In this document: piece by piece, positions 62,723 through 64,000 of the stretch | Layout: the number at the start of each line of letters is the position of its first letter | Numbering within the stretch: position 1 is the first letter of the stretch | Source: Haliotis rufescens | Lineage: Eukaryota | Reading direction: 5' to 3' | Length of the DNA: 64,000 nt | Assembly (NCBI RefSeq): GCF_023055435.1 | Contig: NW_025964223.1 | Location: 49,662,001-49,726,000, forward strand | Notes under the pieces: generated by a model | What the model saw: only the letters and a program-made list of their open reading frames with translations | Told to the model about the DNA's origin: nothing | Databases searched by the model: none | Position numbers and translations under genes: made by a program

Positions 62723-63286
62723 TTAAGCCTTCTTTGGCTTGACTGCCTTCTTCTTGGGGGTCTTGACCTTCTTGGGTTTGGCTGCTGCCTTCTTGGGCGT
62801 CTTCGCCTTCTTGGGCTTGGCTGCAGCCTTCACCTTCTTTGGTGACTTAGCGGCCTTCTTAGCGGCTGTTTTGGGTTTCTTGGCAGCAGCTGGCTTCTTG
62901 ACTTTCTTGGGGGATTTGGCAGCCTTCTTTGGTTTGGCAGCTGCCTTAGCCTTCTTGGGTTTTTCGTCTTTCTTTGCCTCGCCAAGACGGAATGATCCAG
63001 CGGCTCCAGTTCCCTTTGATTGCTTCAGTGCGCCGTTCTTGACTCCATTTTTCAAAGCAGTCTTGATGCGAGCATTGATGGCCACCTGGTTGTCACCAAC
63101 CTTGTAGTTGGCCAAGATGTATTTCAGAACAGCCTGTCGGGAAGAACCACCCCTCTCCTTCAGGGTTGAAATAGCTTTCTTGATCATCTCCAAATAGGTA
63201 GGATGTGCGGCAGCCTTCTTAGGCTTGGCAGCAGCCTTCTTCTTGGGAGTCTTGACAACAGCGGGGGCAGCAGCAGCATCAGCCAT
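62723..63286 (-). CDS. H1: Linker histone H1
   Basis: Same protein as 671..1234. Confidence 0.99.
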   Translation of the reverse strand: MADAAAAPAVVKTPKKKAAAKPKKAAAHPTYLEMIKKAISTLKERGGSSRQAVLKYILANYKVGDNQVAINARIKTALKNGVKNGALKQSKGTGAAGSFRLGEAKKDEKPKKAKAAAKPKKAAKSPKKVKKPAAAKKPKTAAKKAAKSPKKVKAAAKPKKAKTPKKAAAKPKKVKTPKKKAVKPKKA

Positions 63287-64000
63287 AGTGGTAAGTTTGA
63301 GTGGTAAAAATTCACGTCAGCTACGAGAGAAGCACAGAGAGCGAATGACACTTCCCCACAGACAGCCCGGCTGATACTCCGGAGGCGCGGACGTCGGAGG
63401 AGACACCCTGCTTGTTGTGGCTGATAGCTGCACGCTTACAAGCGCGTGTGCTTTTTCGTGTATTTGTATCCGAATATAATCACTTCTTAATCAAGGAAAG
63501 TTTCAATTTCAACAATACAGTTAGGTAGTAAAAACATTTGGCTACATTTCGGTTACAATAGCAACGCTCACGGGTGAAGTTCAAAGCCACACGTGCTGTT
63601 TCCAATGAAGCGACCCAGTCTAAAATGTAGACATCGCTACTTTCAAAAGCACATTTTTAGCCTTGAGACTCAAGTTTATGCATTTTAAACGTTGCCTGTC
63701 AATTCTCAATATATCTAACTATGAAAGTAAAACACAACACTCATCAGTATTGCCTATGATAAGCTAGAACAAGCTTTCAAACAACGACAATGAAGCACGT
63801 TTTTCTGACGACTTCGCCATTTTGCAACAGAAAACATTTGACACTATATTTCTGGAGACATAATTTTGGTCACTTCAATTAGAGTTGAAACTAACTTTGT
63901 CATAACAAGTAAGTAACGGGGATTTTACTTTCAGGAAAACAGTCTAGTAAGACGAGGATCTCGGGACACAAGCAGCTAGGGCGCGAAGCCCCGAACAGTA

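Larger units (their letters stand above)
1..64000. repeat. Tandem array of ~3,007-bp H1 + 5S rDNA units, interrupted by LINE insertions
   Basis: H1 ORFs recur at 671, 3678, 6685, 9692 (period 3007) and onward; spacers are near-identical; period changes are explained by insertions or C-tract length. Confidence 0.99.

Noticed and set aside
1-64000. CRISPR array, retron or other prokaryotic RT system
   Set aside because: Content is eukaryotic; repeats are 3-kb units without variable spacers; the RT has LINE architecture

Overview
Eukaryotic (invertebrate, probably mollusc/lophotrochozoan-like) tandem array. The unit is about 3,007 bp and carries one intronless linker histone H1 gene (- strand) and one 5S rRNA gene (+ strand) head-to-head, with no core histone genes. 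The window has 16 H1 loci (13 intact) and 15 5S genes, almost identical between units. One family of I-group non-LTR retrotransposons (ORF1 CCHC knuckles; ORF2 APE-RT-RNase H-CCHC; fixed (TAAG)3TAA tail) has invaded the array: a full-length, intact 6.2-kb copy inside H1; a 5'-truncated copy just upstream of a 5S gene; a 1.85-kb copy fused in frame to the H1 N-terminus and duplicated in two adjacent units; and a rearranged copy of a divergent subfamily ending at exactly the same nucleotide upstream of 5S. Best leads: (1) apparent site-specific targeting of the 5S +1 region by two subfamilies, with the element tail placing a TATA-like motif where the native one was; (2) an H1-tail/RNase H fusion ORF behind the H1 promoter; (3) all four insertion events are co-oriented with the host gene.
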